64,000 nt of DNA, taken from the NCBI RefSeq assembly GCF_001194135.2, contig NC_068986.1, forward strand, positions 90,119,638 through 90,183,637. The letters are read 5' to 3'. The stretch comes from Octopus bimaculoides. Lineage: Eukaryota. Both the position numbers and the translations under genes were made by a program. Of this stretch, positions 10,520-24,087 are shown piece after piece (the stretch's first letter is position 1; each line of letters opens with the position of its first letter). The notes under the pieces were generated by a model. It did no database searches. It saw nothing but the letters and a program-made list of their open reading frames with translations, and was not told where the DNA came from.

Positions 10520-11130
10520 ATTTCTCAGCGACATCGATGAACTTCCATAACGGAAGTATTGCAAAGCGCAAGTGCGTCTCACTCACTCGCTTTCTGACCA
10601 GTCTGGTTTATTTTGTTATTTATTCATTCATTTATTTATTTATTACATTATTTATTTGATTGTTTGTTTACTTTTTAATTTAGTACGTTTTTCTCTTTTA
10701 CTTATTTTTCTTGCTTTTTTTTTTAACCTCCCCCTTTCGTTTCTCGGGGACGATTTTGATTGGTCAAATATTTAAATAAATAAATAAAATAAAAAAACAA
10801 ACCAAGCTAAGTCTTGCTCCGATTAGCTACTTTGCTTAGAAATCAAGGCGGAGTTTCAAATCTTCGTAGCGGAGCGGCAGGTCCTGTGTTCGTTCGCATG
10901 GGGAGGCGGTGGTTGCTAGAACTATCGGAGTCACAACCAGGATGCGGAGGAGGTTTCACCTGCTGCTCGGCATCGGAATTATATGGCTGTTCGGAGTAGC
11001 TTATTATTTACTGAGAGAAATTAAAACTGAGGTAAGCAGGAGGTATTCTTTTTAAACCTTTATTTTTTATTGTAATATATTAGAACAATTTTTTTTTCCT
11101 TTTTACCTTTCTTTATCCGGAAGTGATTTA
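10520..11130 (+). promoter_or_regulatory. CpG-rich TATA-less promoter/5'UTR region of GALNT2 with ETS-type and GC-box motifs
   Basis: 13 CpG counted in 10801-11040. Inverted ETS cores ACTTCC-ATAAC-GGAAGT at 10541-10557, CCGGAAGTG at 11117-11125, and GGCGG boxes near 10847 and 10905. TSS not determinable from sequence. Confidence 0.55.
10942..11031 (+). CDS. GALNT2: Polypeptide N-acetylgalactosaminyltransferase 2, coding exon 1 (cytoplasmic tail + type II signal-anchor)
   Basis: Manual translation MRRRFHLLLGIGIIWLFGVAYYLLREIKTE resembles the GALNT2 N-terminus as I recall it (human [22 protein letters not shown]). It ends at a strong phase-0 donor GAG|GTAAGC (GT at 11032), lies in a CpG-rich patch and joins exon 2 in frame. 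Confidence 0.9.
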
Positions 11131-12626
11131 CCACCGATCCGAGTGATGGTGGTGGTTGTTAGACGATGTATTATTGTTGCTCTTAGTGGTCTTGTGGTGG
11201 GTGAACGTGCACGCGTGGGGGCGGATGGCTTTGATTTCAAAGCATGTTATATCGAGTTACCTCCCCTTTCAGTCTCGCATTGTTGTCAATTTCATTACAG
11301 TTACCATCACTACTGCACTCGTGTTCGTGTTGTTGTCGTGGTCACCTTAGTCATCATCATCATCATCATTGGCGCACTGTCATCACGTTCATAAAATAAT
11401 GCCGTTATTACCACCATTATCAGTTCATTTCGCGCCATCACTATCACCATCATCAAGTGTCGAGTAAAGGCGGTAGATTGGCAAAATCATTAGAGCATCG
11501 GTATTTATTCCGGCTCTCTCATTATATTCTGAGTTCAAATCCCGTCGAGGTCTACTTTACCTTTCGTTTCTCTACGAAGTACCAGTCATTTACTAGTGTC
11601 GATACAATCGACAAACCCCATTCTTCGTAAATATCTGGTCTTGTGCCTATGTTAGAAACGATTTAGAGTCGGACTGCTGATTCTGCGTCTCCGTTTCGGT
11701 TTACATTAAGATATATTTCACTTTTGTGTCGCTAATTCCCTCTGGAATGAACGTCACAGATCTCATCCTATACACGCTTCTCTTTAATAAATATATAAAT
11801 CCGTATATTATGTTAGTAATGATTATTCTAGCCGGTCTATATCCTTTACAGTATCTGTTGTGGTGTTATAATTGCACTGAGTTCAACACACGTTGGGAGT
11901 ATCTGTCACTCCGACCGATGGGGCGATAAATAATATATATACCAAGATACTGAGGGATCGATTTAATTAAATTACTGGTTTTGTGCCTGTGGTCTAAAAA
12001 AGGGTTGTCTTTGTTATCATTATCGTCATCGTTATTATTGTTTCACCCCGGTCGCTGACGTACTCCTGTGTTATTTCTTTCAACAAGTTTCATTCATGTC
12101 TCGTGACATTAAATGTCACAATTAAAATTGTGATGCTTGTTTTAGTTACAGAACTCTACCTAATTCTCTGATTGTATGAGTCTACCCCACCTTGATACAC
12201 TGGGACTCCACATTTCCGTTCTTCGTATGTCAGTCCTCAAGTTCGGTGTCTTTTTAAAGAGCATTAAAAGAACATTCTCGCCTTACGGCTTCGCTGATGA
12301 TGCATACATCGGTCTGTTCACATAGTTCGTATGCATATAAGAGTGGAGTCTTTATATATATATATATATATATATATATCTGTATATATAGAGAGATATA
12401 TAGATAGATATACTCATACACCACCCGTATATACACAATCGTTTATGTATGTTACCCTTATAAAGGTTTTGTATTCTTGCATGTATTCCAAACATTTATA
12501 CATTGTGTCTGTTGAACGTATTTGTATGGAATAGACTAGTGTATTATATGCACTCTTAAAAACCTTAACCATGCTAACATGGTCCATGCCTTAGGTACTC
12601 TCATAGTACACAGCTTAATAATCGTG

Positions 12627-12676
<50 letters not shown>

Positions 12677-15600
12677 GTGCGCTACCATGCATATAGTCTC
12701 ATGTCAAGGCTGTTATCTTGTATACTGGTGTCGAAAGACCTTTATTACACATACATATGCATTTTTGTATTATACCTCGCTATTACATGGTCCGGTGTTT
12801 ATCGGAGATTTCATAATGTACACTATACATATAATTACTGCATATTTATAGAGTCCGATTTGTGTATTTATAATAATATCTGAAAGAATTCATTGCAGAC
12901 GTACATACTATCATCTATCTATCTATCTACCTACCTACCTATCGATCTATCTATCTATCTATCTATCTATATAAAGTTTTTAAAATTATTTTGTATTATA
13001 TAATGATACGCACCCCTACACACATACTACACACACGGTATACTCCATGTACACATTTATTTGGTAAATTATATACTGTTATTATACATACATTCACAGA
13101 TTCGTTTGTTGATCTATTGTATTGAAAATTCTACTACGTCTCATATATCTAATAAAAATTAGGGACTGTTATATTTCATGTAATACCTACATGTGGTTTT
13201 GTTAGAAGAGTATATTGTCAATATAGTTGATAAACTCATTGTATATGTGTGTTACGTATCGTCAACCCTCTTTCCGCGAAAAATAAAAAGGCGAAGTTGT
13301 CCCTGGTGAGATTTGAACTTAGAATACAGATAACCTAAACAATGTAAACGATATGATCTGGACCCTCTGTCGTTGCCATCAATAACAACATACTCAAAAA
13401 GTTTAAGAAATGGGAAATGGATGTATTATAATTACTCTAACTTTGCAGAATCCTTCAACCCGCCACTTCTCAACTAAAGATGGCTCTGTAAGTAACTGTG
13501 CTGTTGAGAAAGTCACAACATTGTTACCTGTTTCGATTCTGACTACACGCATGCATACAAACGTACACACATACGCATGCGCGTCCGCTCACACGCATAC
13601 CAAAATTCTTCGTAAAGTCTTCCGTTTTATCCCATCTGTCTTGCCACCTTGTATATGTGTATGTATGTGTATATATGCGTGTGTATGTGAGAATGTATAT
13701 GTATGTATGTATATGAGAGAGAGAGAGGGGAAGGTACTAAATGCGAACTTTGCTGATCCCCATCAAAGTAACTGCTCCTGGATCAGTTTCGTGTCAGGAA
13801 AACATGTGGCTATTTAACTTTTTTTTAAAAGAAAAGAGCGGGAGAGGGGGGGACTTCTTTTATGGCATTCCTTCAGTTGTAGCAGCAGACTTTTCGAAAA
13901 TCACAGCTGTTTCGTTCGTTAATTTCCATAACAAATTTTTATTTCATTAAAGAGAGGAGAAAGTGAAAAGACGATATTTGCTTTAGAGTGACGTTTTGCG
14001 GGCCACACAGGGCGACCACTTTACATATGTGTGTTTGCTGTAGTCGAAGGTTTGTTATTGTTTAAAGAAGGGTGGGCGTCAATTTGGCTGCTGCCCAGTG
14101 CACTCGAAACCCACGTTACACTAAACAATTCTTGTTATGTTAAGCACTTTTTTGCTTTCAGTGCAGATTCTGTGGAGCTAGATACTCTTGAGACATGTTT
14201 TCATGAACCTGTGGTCCCTTGTCCTACGAAACTCTGGTACTGATAGCCTTGATATCAGCAAACTCTTACTTTTGGTGATTACTAAAAGTATTTGCATTGT
14301 TGGGAATCCTTTATTTTCAAAACTTATCTCAGAGTCACAGGTATTTTGCCCGGTAACCTGTATGCTTCACTTGAGTAGGGCGTATGTACATGATACCACT
14401 CTTCATTCCTTAACTTTACAAGCACTACACTACACGCGCACGCACGGACGTATACACACACACACACTGCCCAAACTACTGATGACCAAATTCAAGTGGT
14501 TCTGAAAATATTCTAGCCCTCTCTCTAGTTCAAATGTGACCTACCTATGTGGTTATTGCTCACATATCTGGAGCTGTGCCATTATTTCACACAAAAGAAA
14601 ACCACCTACATTTCATAAGAAAAGAAAAATGTAAAAGAAAAATAAAGCAAAAGCTACTTTAGTGGATTGCTGGAGACATGTTAATATGCTACAGTGTATC
14701 TCCCCCAACTTCAACGGTTTCTGCCTCATTGAGCTAACACAATACCCTCACTTTTCCCTCTTTCTCAATACTGCATCACATCCTACAAACACCCACTTCT
14801 AAACTGTTCCTTCCCAGAACTGTAGCTGCCTCTGTTGTTGTTTAGCCTGAGGTCAGTTGTGGTTCAGTACACCTATGTGCAGTCATTCCAGTCATAACTA
14901 TCCCATCTCTTATTCACTCCTATTGTACCTAGGACTACATTATCTAACATGTCCTGAGTGTGTTATGTGGGAGATTTGACTGCAATCATCTTATTGCTAT
15001 CTTATTGGTCCTATTCACATTTCAAGTAGTCATACATCATAATCCACTTCACCAGACATTTTGAGCCTGTGAAGTTGATAAGAATTGCTCCTCATGACTT
15101 GTTTTTCTTTTCAAACTCCAGTAAAGCTTTTCAAAGATGCAGAAATTAATAATAAATGAAAAAACCCCTGGAAATCTCTAGAATTTCTTTTACTAAAACA
15201 GAAACAATTGCTATAATAGTTGCTAAGTTGGGGACAGTACAGAAGCAGAACGAGGAGGAATGATGTATGTTAATTTACCCGGAGACAGGTAATGATTGGC
15301 AGCAGAAAGGATAACTGGTCATAGAAAATCTGTTGCATTTGACCCATGCAAGCATGGAAAAGTGGATGTTGAACTCATGATAAGGATTTTATATAAATAT
15401 AATATATATCGGAACAAACAAATGGATTTTATGTGCTGTGACAATTGTTTCAGTAAGAATCTTTATTTTAATGCAAGCATAATACAATTTTTAGATTATG
15501 AGGATTGCATAATGTATTCTATAATTTAGAAATTGTGTTATGCTTGCATTAAAATAAACATTCTTACTGAAACAATTATTGTAACATATAAAATCCATTT

Positions 15601-17537
15601 GTTTATTGTCATTTCATGCCACATCCATATTTTGTTATTCGCTGAATAGCTTGTAAACAATTGGAATTGCAGCTTATTCAATAAGTGTCTTGACTTCATC
15701 AATGCCTTCTGCATTGATAATGGATTACTTCACTGTCTACTCAGTTTGATTCTGTTTAGCCAATCAGTTGTACGCTATATGTTGATGTTCCTTGATTCTT
15801 TATAAATCCCATGTAACTAAAATATACATATATCATCATCATCCTTTAACATCCTTTTTCCATGCTGGCATTGGTTGGACGGTTTCACCAGAGCTGGGAA
15901 GCTGCACCAGGTTCCAGTCTGATTTGGCTTGGTTTCTACGACTGGATGTCCTTCCTAATACCAACCATTTTATAGTATGTGCTGGGTGCTTTTAACATGC
16001 CACCAGCACATATATGTATACACACACTCTCTTTCTCTCTCTCTCACACACACAAGTATTATATCTAACTTTGGTTGGTTGTGCAGTGCAGTTGGACTCA
16101 ACTCAAAACCACGTGATTGAGAAGTAACTGTGTCTGCAGCTACAGCAGGCTTATGTCTGAGGTAATTGATGTTGTCTGCTATGGCCATGGCTGACCAATG
16201 CCTTGCAATTTGGTAGATAGAAAACTGTTAGAAGCCTTTTGTATATACATACACACAACTTTTGTGTGTGTGTGCATTTGTGCATGCTGATTGAAAATAA
16301 GGCCACCGCTCATACAAAAGGCTTCATTGCTTATAATTTTCTGTGAAAATATGTCTGACCATTGAACAGTACATTGGGAGAAGGACTAGGAGAATATTAT
16401 CTTGCTTGAGAACAGGTGATAGTTGGAAGAGCATCTATGTTCCTTGGTATAAAATGTGGCAGTAAGGAAGAATGCCACTATCAAACGTTTCTTTGTCTTG
16501 CTAGAAAGTGCAACCATATCTACTTCAGATCATGGCATGCATTTTAAAAAGACAGAAGGAAACATGGGATATTGTAGTCTTGGATACACTGTTCCTGAGA
16601 AAAACATGATATGGTCACAAGTGGAATGTCTTTCATCATCAGCTGTTCAGTGAGTTCTTATCTGGGGCTAAACACTTAACTTCATCCAAAAGATAAAAGT
16701 CATGAAATGTTAATGGACTACCATGGAATTACTGGTCACTCTAAGTTATTGAATCTTCCAGTTCCCATATATGTTTGTCTGTCTGTCAGTCTGTCTATGT
16801 ATTAGTGTGTGTGTGTGTGTGTGTGTGTACAAGGGATCCCCTGCACTGGTGCTAAAATGGAAAGCCTGTACTTCATACTCCTTCAAGTGACAAGTGAGTG
16901 AAACAATCTCTTATTAGTGTTGCTATCATAAAATGTACCCAATGTACTTTGTAAAATGCTTGGCAAATTTTTGAGCAGAGAATGTATAGAATGTATATAT
17001 TCAACCTCTCTAGTGTTGGTGCCATGAAAAATGCACTAAATACACTCTGTAAAGTGGTTGACAATAAATAGGAAGAACATCCAGTTGTAGAAATCAAACC
17101 AAATGGTGTATGAGGATCAGTCTATTGAAGCAGCAGCTCCCAGTAGATGGCCATGACTGGGACAACCTGTCCAAAACATGTCAACATGAAGAGTGGACAT
17201 AAAAAGGATGAGGATGATGATTTTGCAGGGTTCCCAGTGAAAATATCTTAAAATTAGAGTTGTGGAGATGGCATTGGCAGCAAGAAATGAAATAAAAGAC
17301 TAAGATACTGTTAAACTATTTAATCAACTATATCTCTGTGAGCAAATGCGGGACCTCTACATGTCATTCATTTTGCTAGAAATAACAAACATCCTTCAAA
17401 TCACACCCTACCATCTTAAATAAAAGACATTGAAGAAAAGATAAGATGGTCAGTGCTGGGATTCCTTTCTATTTCTCTTGTTTAGGACTGACCGAGGGTT
17501 AAAAAACAAATGAACAAAACTTTATCTCCTCTCTTAA

Positions 17538-17734
17538 TCCTTTTAACTACACTTGGTCCTACAGTACAAACTTCTTGATTTAAAGTGATCTAAAACCTTC
17601 CATAAAAATTTGTGTTAATTTATGTTCCAAACACCAGTTTAATAAAGACAGCTATTTTCCTAAATTCTTTGTTGTTTTCATAGTTAGCTGAAACAGAGGC
17701 TATATATTTCAACAGAAACTTGGTAACAAAAGGG
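17538..17734. mobile_element. piggyBac-type MITE (diverged relative of the 52315 copy)
   Basis: TTAA flanks (17534-17537, 17735-17738); right TIR GGTAACAAAAGGG; internal similarity to the 52315 copy. Confidence 0.7.
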
Positions 17735-17829
17735 TTAAAATAAATCTTCGTGTGTCAAGAAATAACAACCAAATCTCACTCTAAATTACACTCACACTTA
17801 AATATTAAAAGGTTACATTAGATGATCTC

Positions 17830-18204
17830 TTATTACCTCCGTCTTCCTGCCTTGGCGAAGGCAGAGGTATTGTTTTCAGTCGTATTTGTTTGTTTGTTTG
17901 TTTGTCTGTGGACAAGATATCTCAAGAACCGCTGGATGGATTTGGATGAAACTTTCTGGGATATTTGGCCTTGTGACTGGCACAAACTGATTAGGTTTTG
18001 GGATTGATCCAATACCAGACAAGGATTCTGGATTATTTTTTCCTGTTTTTTTGAGAGCAGTCCGGTTCATTTTTAGTATTCTCATTTGTGAGAGCAGTCA
18101 ATTTTATTTCAGATATTCTCATTTTAAAAATCATCTCTGGCTAATCGTTAAGAAGACATTGATGTTGCCTTGGCAGAGCTTTGCGCTCTCTGAAAGCTCT
18201 TGTT
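17830..18204 (+). mobile_element. Helentron-associated (HINE/DINE-1-like) non-autonomous element, copy 1
   Basis: 5' TTATTACCTCCG with hairpin, (GTTT)n tract, ATCTCAAGAACCGCTGGATGGATTTGGATGAAAC core, 3' GGCAGAG..TGCGCTCTCTGA; three copies in the window. Confidence 0.7.
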
Positions 18205-20168
18205 TTATTTGGTGCCTGATAAAGGAATTTTTTTTTTCATGGCTTGTTTGGCATTTTTTCTTCTGTGGTTGAGTTACAATATTAGTTTGTAATAAATGTA
18301 ATGTTAGTCCTCGAGTAATCATCTTCTCACTGCATAATTATATCTCATTAACTTTCTAATGTCAACTACATAAACTATTAGCATTAACTATTAGTTTGGA
18401 ATGTTTTATTTCTTTTTTCTTTTTATTTTTACAAGATAAAGTAAATTATTCAGTAAATATTTTTTAATATAATAAAAGTTAATTTTTGTTAGGAACAGGA
18501 ATAGCTAGGTGGTTAGCAAATTTATTTGACAGCCACATGGTTTGGTGAACAGAACCCACTGAACAGAACCTAGTGCTAATGTTTTCAACTGTAGCCTAGC
18601 CTCGTGTTTAAACAGTACCATGTTAGTGGAATTTAGTCAATGGAAATTAGAAAAGCTAGTTGTGTATTTGTCATCACCTTTCTATATCTGTTTTCCTATA
18701 CTTAAATGAAGTGGATGAATTTTGTTCAGCAGTGTCCTTCCACTTGTTGCAGTTCATCATTATCTCTTTTGTAAGCCCAATCTTTTGAGATCATCCTTCA
18801 TCACTCCTTTCCATATCTCCCTGGGTCTTCTTCCCATTTTACATGTTCCTTCCACTTTGGATCTCTCAGCAATTCTTAACCTAAATTTGATTGTTCATTT
18901 ACTCACTTATCCATAGTTGTGCAGTCTTCTCTATTGTACTCTGTATCTGATATTTCTTAAGTCAGTTTGTCTTTCAGTTTATTTGTGCTCTTTTATTCAT
19001 GGTGGTTAACATGAATGTGTAATTACACATTATTGGATAATCATACTTTATGCATTGATGAACTTACTCCAGTGGAATTAATTTCTTTCTAGCTTTCACA
19101 TGACCTCTGCATTTAGTTTTGCTATCATGCACAAATTGCACTTGTACCCAAGCATCATGCAATCTAACTTCACGAAGATTTAAAATCTCTTTGTTGCCAG
19201 CAGTAAATTGGCAGAATGTTTAGATAGAATGCTACATGGTATTTGTTTCAATTCTCTGCTGTCTGAGTTCAAATCCCACCAAGGTTAACTTAATTTTATA
19301 TTCTTTTAGGATTCATAAATAGCTAACAAGGCAGTGCAGTGGATTCAGGGAAGAACATTGAACTGGATATCTTCCAGTATTTGTTCTGGTTAGTTCTGAA
19401 TTTGAATCCTGTCACGGTCTACCTGGATGGTAGATATAACTTATCACCTGTCATCTGGCACTTTAATTCTGTTCATTCTATAGCAAGCATATGGGTCAAG
19501 CATTCTCCCCACCTTTCTTCCTACCTATCTTGGAGGCCATGTAAAGAGCCATGGGTATAACCTTCCCTCCTGCCTAAAAGATTAAAAAAAAGAAATGAGT
19601 AATAACTGAATGATTTTTTGTACTCTGTCCTTACTCTGGCTTGTGTTCTTTTGGAACACCCATCTCCTGTTGATTAGATCACCTAAATATGGAAGCTTCA
19701 CAACCAGCATGCTGTACCAGATCTGTACAAGGTGTGTGAAAAAGTTTGAAAAACAAAGATCACCTACAGTGAAACTATAACTCCTGGTATGTTGTATTTA
19801 ATGCTATAGTATAGCAGATCACTGAAGGCATGTGGCCTTGCACTTAAAGATATTTGACTTACAATTATAATGTCATGGGTTCAATTCCTAGAGCAGGCTG
19901 TTTTGTTCTTAAGTCACTTCATTTTACATTGCTCAGTCTACTCAGCCCAAAACGAAAACCAGTCAAGTGCTGGTTGCAGCACTCTCTCATGAAGCTGTTA
20001 CATCCTGGATGTGTCATTAGGTGGAAAAGAGTGGAAAAGTCAAGAGGCTGTTTTGTCTGCACATGACTTCATAGGTACTTAAAACATTTAGCAAAAGTAT
20101 GGTACATGTTACGAAGCCACGCTCGTTCATAGGCGACGGCTGAGTCTCTATAATGCACCAGTAATTTA

Positions 20169-20552
20169 TTGTTGGCACTCCGTCGGTTACGACGTCGAGG
20201 GTTCCAGTTGATCCGATCAACGGAACAGCCTGCTCGTGAAATTAACGTGCAAGTGGCTGAGCACTCCACAGACACGTGTGCCCTTAACGTAGTTCTCGGG
20301 GATATTCAGCGTGACACAGTGTGACAAGGCTGGCCTTTTGAATTACAGGCACAACAGAAACAGGAAGTAAGAGTGAGAGAAAGTTGTGGTGAAAGAGTAC
20401 AGCAGGGTTCGCCACCATCCCCTGTCGGAGCCTCGTGGAGCTTTAGGTGTTATCGCTCAATAAACACTCACAACGCCCAGTCTGGGAATCGAAACCGCGA
20501 TCCTATGACCGCGAGTCTGCTGCCCTAACCTCTAGGCCATTGCGCCTCCACT
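20169..20552 (-). mobile_element. SINE family B, full length with 11-bp TSD
   Basis: Reverse complement of the 7496 copy; TSD CCAGTAATTTA at 20158-20168 and 20553-20563. Confidence 0.9.
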
Positions 20553-20865
20553 CCAGTAATTTAGTATATACATTTAATGCATCATGTGTATATTCGTTTA
20601 CTTGTTTCGCTCATTAGATCGCTACATTGTTGGGGCGCTACTTTCAATATTTCCTACTTACTTAATTGGACCCCAGTACTTATTTCAATTGGGTACATAT
20701 AGTGATTTCAAATTTTGGCACGTGGCCAGCAAGTTCGGGGTTTTGGTAAGTTGATTAAATCGACCCCAGTGTGCTAATAGTACTTATTTTATCGAAATTT
20801 GGACTTAAAAAACGTTAAGATGGATGAAATGCTGCTTAGCATTTTGCCAAGCGTGTTAATGATTC

Positions 20866-21050
20866 TTATTTCTTTATTGCCCGCAAGGGACAATTGGGTT
20901 AAGTCAATCACATCAACCTCAGTGCGTAACTGGTACTTAATTTATCGACCCCGAAAGGATGAGAGGCAAAGTTGACCTCGGCGGAATTTGAACTCAGAAC
21001 GTAACGGCAGACGAAATACTGGCGCGCTAACGATTCTGCCAGCTCGCCGC
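20866..21050 (-). mobile_element. SINE family C (GAGCTGGCAGAATCGTTAGC...GAGTTCAAATTCCGCC...GGGGTCGATAAA)
   Basis: One of roughly 20 recognisable copies, with others at about 287-490, 11465-11660, 19190-19330, 26280-26470, 26750-26917, 30570-30898, 31270-31560, 39930-40120 and 49330-49560. Confidence 0.8.
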
Positions 21051-21200
21051 TTTATTTGAGTTCTTATATTATTCAGGACTACTTGTTGAATCGCCAAGTT
21101 ATGGGACATAAATGAATACATGAACACAAAAATATGCACACATTAATATTTATGTACGAGACAGCATGTTGGAAAACCCAAGATAGATTATTAGTAAAAC

Positions 21201-21254
21201 TTTATTTTATTTAAGTGTTTATTTTATTTAAGTGTTTATTTTATTTAAGTGTTT
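21201..21254. repeat. 17-bp tandem repeat x3 (TTTATTTTATTTAAGTG)
   Basis: Direct reading. Confidence 0.9.
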
Positions 21255-22289
21255 CACAATGGAATATTGAGCAGATGTGAATACATCGTTAACTGTTATG
21301 TACAAAGAAAAGTGAAAGGAGAAAATATGGGTTAGAAAACACTGAACAAAATTAATATCCATTTGATTAAAATAATAAAAATTATAATACCCCCCCCCCT
21401 CCAAAAAAACTTGAGGTGGTCGTGGTAAAATGCTCTTGTTTTAGAGGAACTAATACTGGTGTATCTTAAACTAATGTATCTATATATCCTATCAATATGT
21501 TTGTTCTCTCTTGTCCAATGTATCTTGCTTTTAAAGTTATCTATCAAAACCAGTGTATCTCTTCTATCTTGTCCAATATATCTGTACATTTACGTTTGTT
21601 AGTATACATGTTAGAATCTTCACACAGCTTGTGTATGTATGTGTGTGTGTGTGTGTGTTTTATCTTGATTATCAATTCACAGATTTTTTTCCCCATACTT
21701 ATAGGTTTTGTCACCAGCTGCAATTTATTTTATGTCAGTGTCTATGTATCTGTCTATTTATCTATTTGTTTGTCTACTGTTTGTTCTCTTACTTTCACTA
21801 CTACATTTCCATTATTTCCTCTCATTTTCCCCCTTATATTTTTGTTTTTCATCTGTTAAATCTGCTAATGATGAAAAAGGTCATTCTAAATATACAATTT
21901 TGAATGAAACATTTACTTATATTGACACGGGATTCTCTGATAAGCATCGTTCCGTATGTAAATCCCCTCCCCCACTGTAATTTTCCTCCCAGTGTGTATA
22001 TATATATATTTTTGCTGTGAGTGCAAATTTTGTCTTTCTTTGCGAAGTATGTGCAAATCCATTATAAGTAATCGGATCCAAGTGAGCATTGCTCAAATTT
22101 CTTAAATTAAAACGTATCCGATTTCATGTGTGCACATTTACATTTTGCGTACTAGTTGTAAAACAAATGTGGGATCTTTCTGATTTGACGGGCAACACTT
22201 TTCATTTATGTTTTATGCAGTGTTTTTGGTACCGAAACACTTTCAAACTTCGTATACTTGTATATTTTGTGTTATAGAAGAGATAAAAA

Positions 22290-22615
22290 TTTTTGGATAG
22301 AACTTGTAGAAGAGGGAGACCCAAGGAAACATGGGATGAAGTATTGAAGGCTAATCTCAAGACACTGAGCTTTACGAAGGAGATGACTTCGGATTGAGAT
22401 ATCCGGTACATTGCTGTACCTAAGAGGACCCATCTGCCTCAGCATTATTGATACTGGTGTCACATTTAAAGCACCCAGTACAGTATGGAGTGGTTGGTGT
22501 TAAGAAGGGCGTCCAGGAACAATGGAGCCTGGTGCAGCCCTTGGCCTTACCAGCTCTGGACGAACCGCCCTACTCGTACCAGCTTGGAAAACGGACGTTA
22601 GATGATGATGAATAT
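22290..22615 (+). mobile_element. RTE-clade LINE 3' remnant
   Basis: Translates as TCRRGRPKETWDEVLKANLKTLSFTKEMTSD and is followed by a degenerate RTE tail ending in GATGATGA. Confidence 0.7.
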
Positions 22616-24087
22616 AATGCAGTTAATTTCTTATTCACTTCTCTGAGTCAATGGGAGGATTTCATCTTAACTCCTTTATATGTCTCTATTTTCACATACT
22701 AATTCAAAAGACATAATACTGTTAAGTTTTCTCATTCACCTCTGTTGGCTCATGACAAGAGTTCAGCTTAATAGCGCCATTATCTGCTGGGTACATTATC
22801 TTTACTGGTTATATTGATGATTTTTAAGTTGTCTGAGCAAGTGAGAAAAAGTGTAATGTTTTTATTAGTCACAGTAGCTGGAAGACTATTTTACTTGTGT
22901 CTAGGTCACTTTTTAGCTGTAGACAAAAAATAAAAATAAAATTAAAAAAATTCCAAGATGGAATTGTGAAGTTTAAGAGTAGATTCTGTAAAATGTCTAT
23001 TCTTACGTTTCCGCCTCCTTCCTCTATTTGCAAAGGGGAAAAGAAAAAACGGGGGAAAATATAACTGAAGAAAAAAGCCTTGTTTAGTTTGTCCAAAGAA
23101 TAACTACTTCACTTGTTTCTTATATTAAAAAAAAAAAAAAAACAAATAAAAAACTCTTTTCGCTCCCTATGGCTTTTAGTAGTTAACTGAATTAGATCTA
23201 CTAACTACATTTTCACATAAATATTGTGTCATTTGATCTCATGTTTCTTTACGTCTGTTGAAAACTTTTGAAATGTTTATGGTATAGTTGTTTTTTCTTT
23301 TCCTTTTACAGTCGTTTTTCTCCTTTTTTTACATTCTCAAAAATTTTGACATGAAATACAAAATGAAATAAAGATGACTATAGTAAAAAAAAAAAAAAAA
23401 AATTATAACATCGAAGTTAGAGGTTTATTTTTTCCCCCTTCTTTTTCTTACTACTGATTACAAAACCTCTGAGCGGTTATTGAAAATATGCAAGCCGAAA
23501 CATGTAGACATCAGCTATTTCAAACCTCCTACTGGGTTAAATACTACTTCCAGTTATTCATTTGAATCTCCAAATACTGTAAAGCAACATTTTCCCCTCC
23601 CTTCTTTATCTTTTTTCCTTCTTTTGGAATTTAAAAAAAATGTTTTCTTTTAAAACATGTTTTGCATTTAAATGAGTAAAGATTCTGTATTAGACACTCA
23701 ACATCCATTTTTTTGTACTTTGTTAGGTGTCAGTCGGTATTGGCTTTGATTACCTTCAGGTGCCATGATTTTTTTTTTTTTTACTTACAAACATATTGCA
23801 TTTGGCGAGCCATATTTTACCTTTAGATCTTTTATTGGAACTAATATGGTTTTTAACATTCTACACTATCCCCGTTTTATCTTGTATTCTCTGGAGTGGT
23901 TTAAATAGTTTTGACAGGTTAGATAAAGACATTTGCATGTTTTAATTTTACTGTAAAAGATGCCAAAAAAAAAAAAAAATCTATAACTGTCATTAAGTAT
24001 GTGCAGTAGTAGTAGTAAATTCCTGGTCAACCTTGGTTGAGTAGGCCTATGACAATGGTCTTTCCAGCAATGACCACCCCATTTTTT

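Noticed and set aside
10330-10540. Possible first exon of a divergent minus-strand gene
   Set aside because: A GTAG|GTATAT donor-like site exists at about 10340, but there is no convincing ORF and it abuts a microsatellite and gap.
12294-12345. CTGATGA followed by a TGCATAC/GTATGCA stem (hammerhead-like)
   Set aside because: The stem is followed by TATAAG rather than GAAA and there is no stem I/III register; at most a dead relic.
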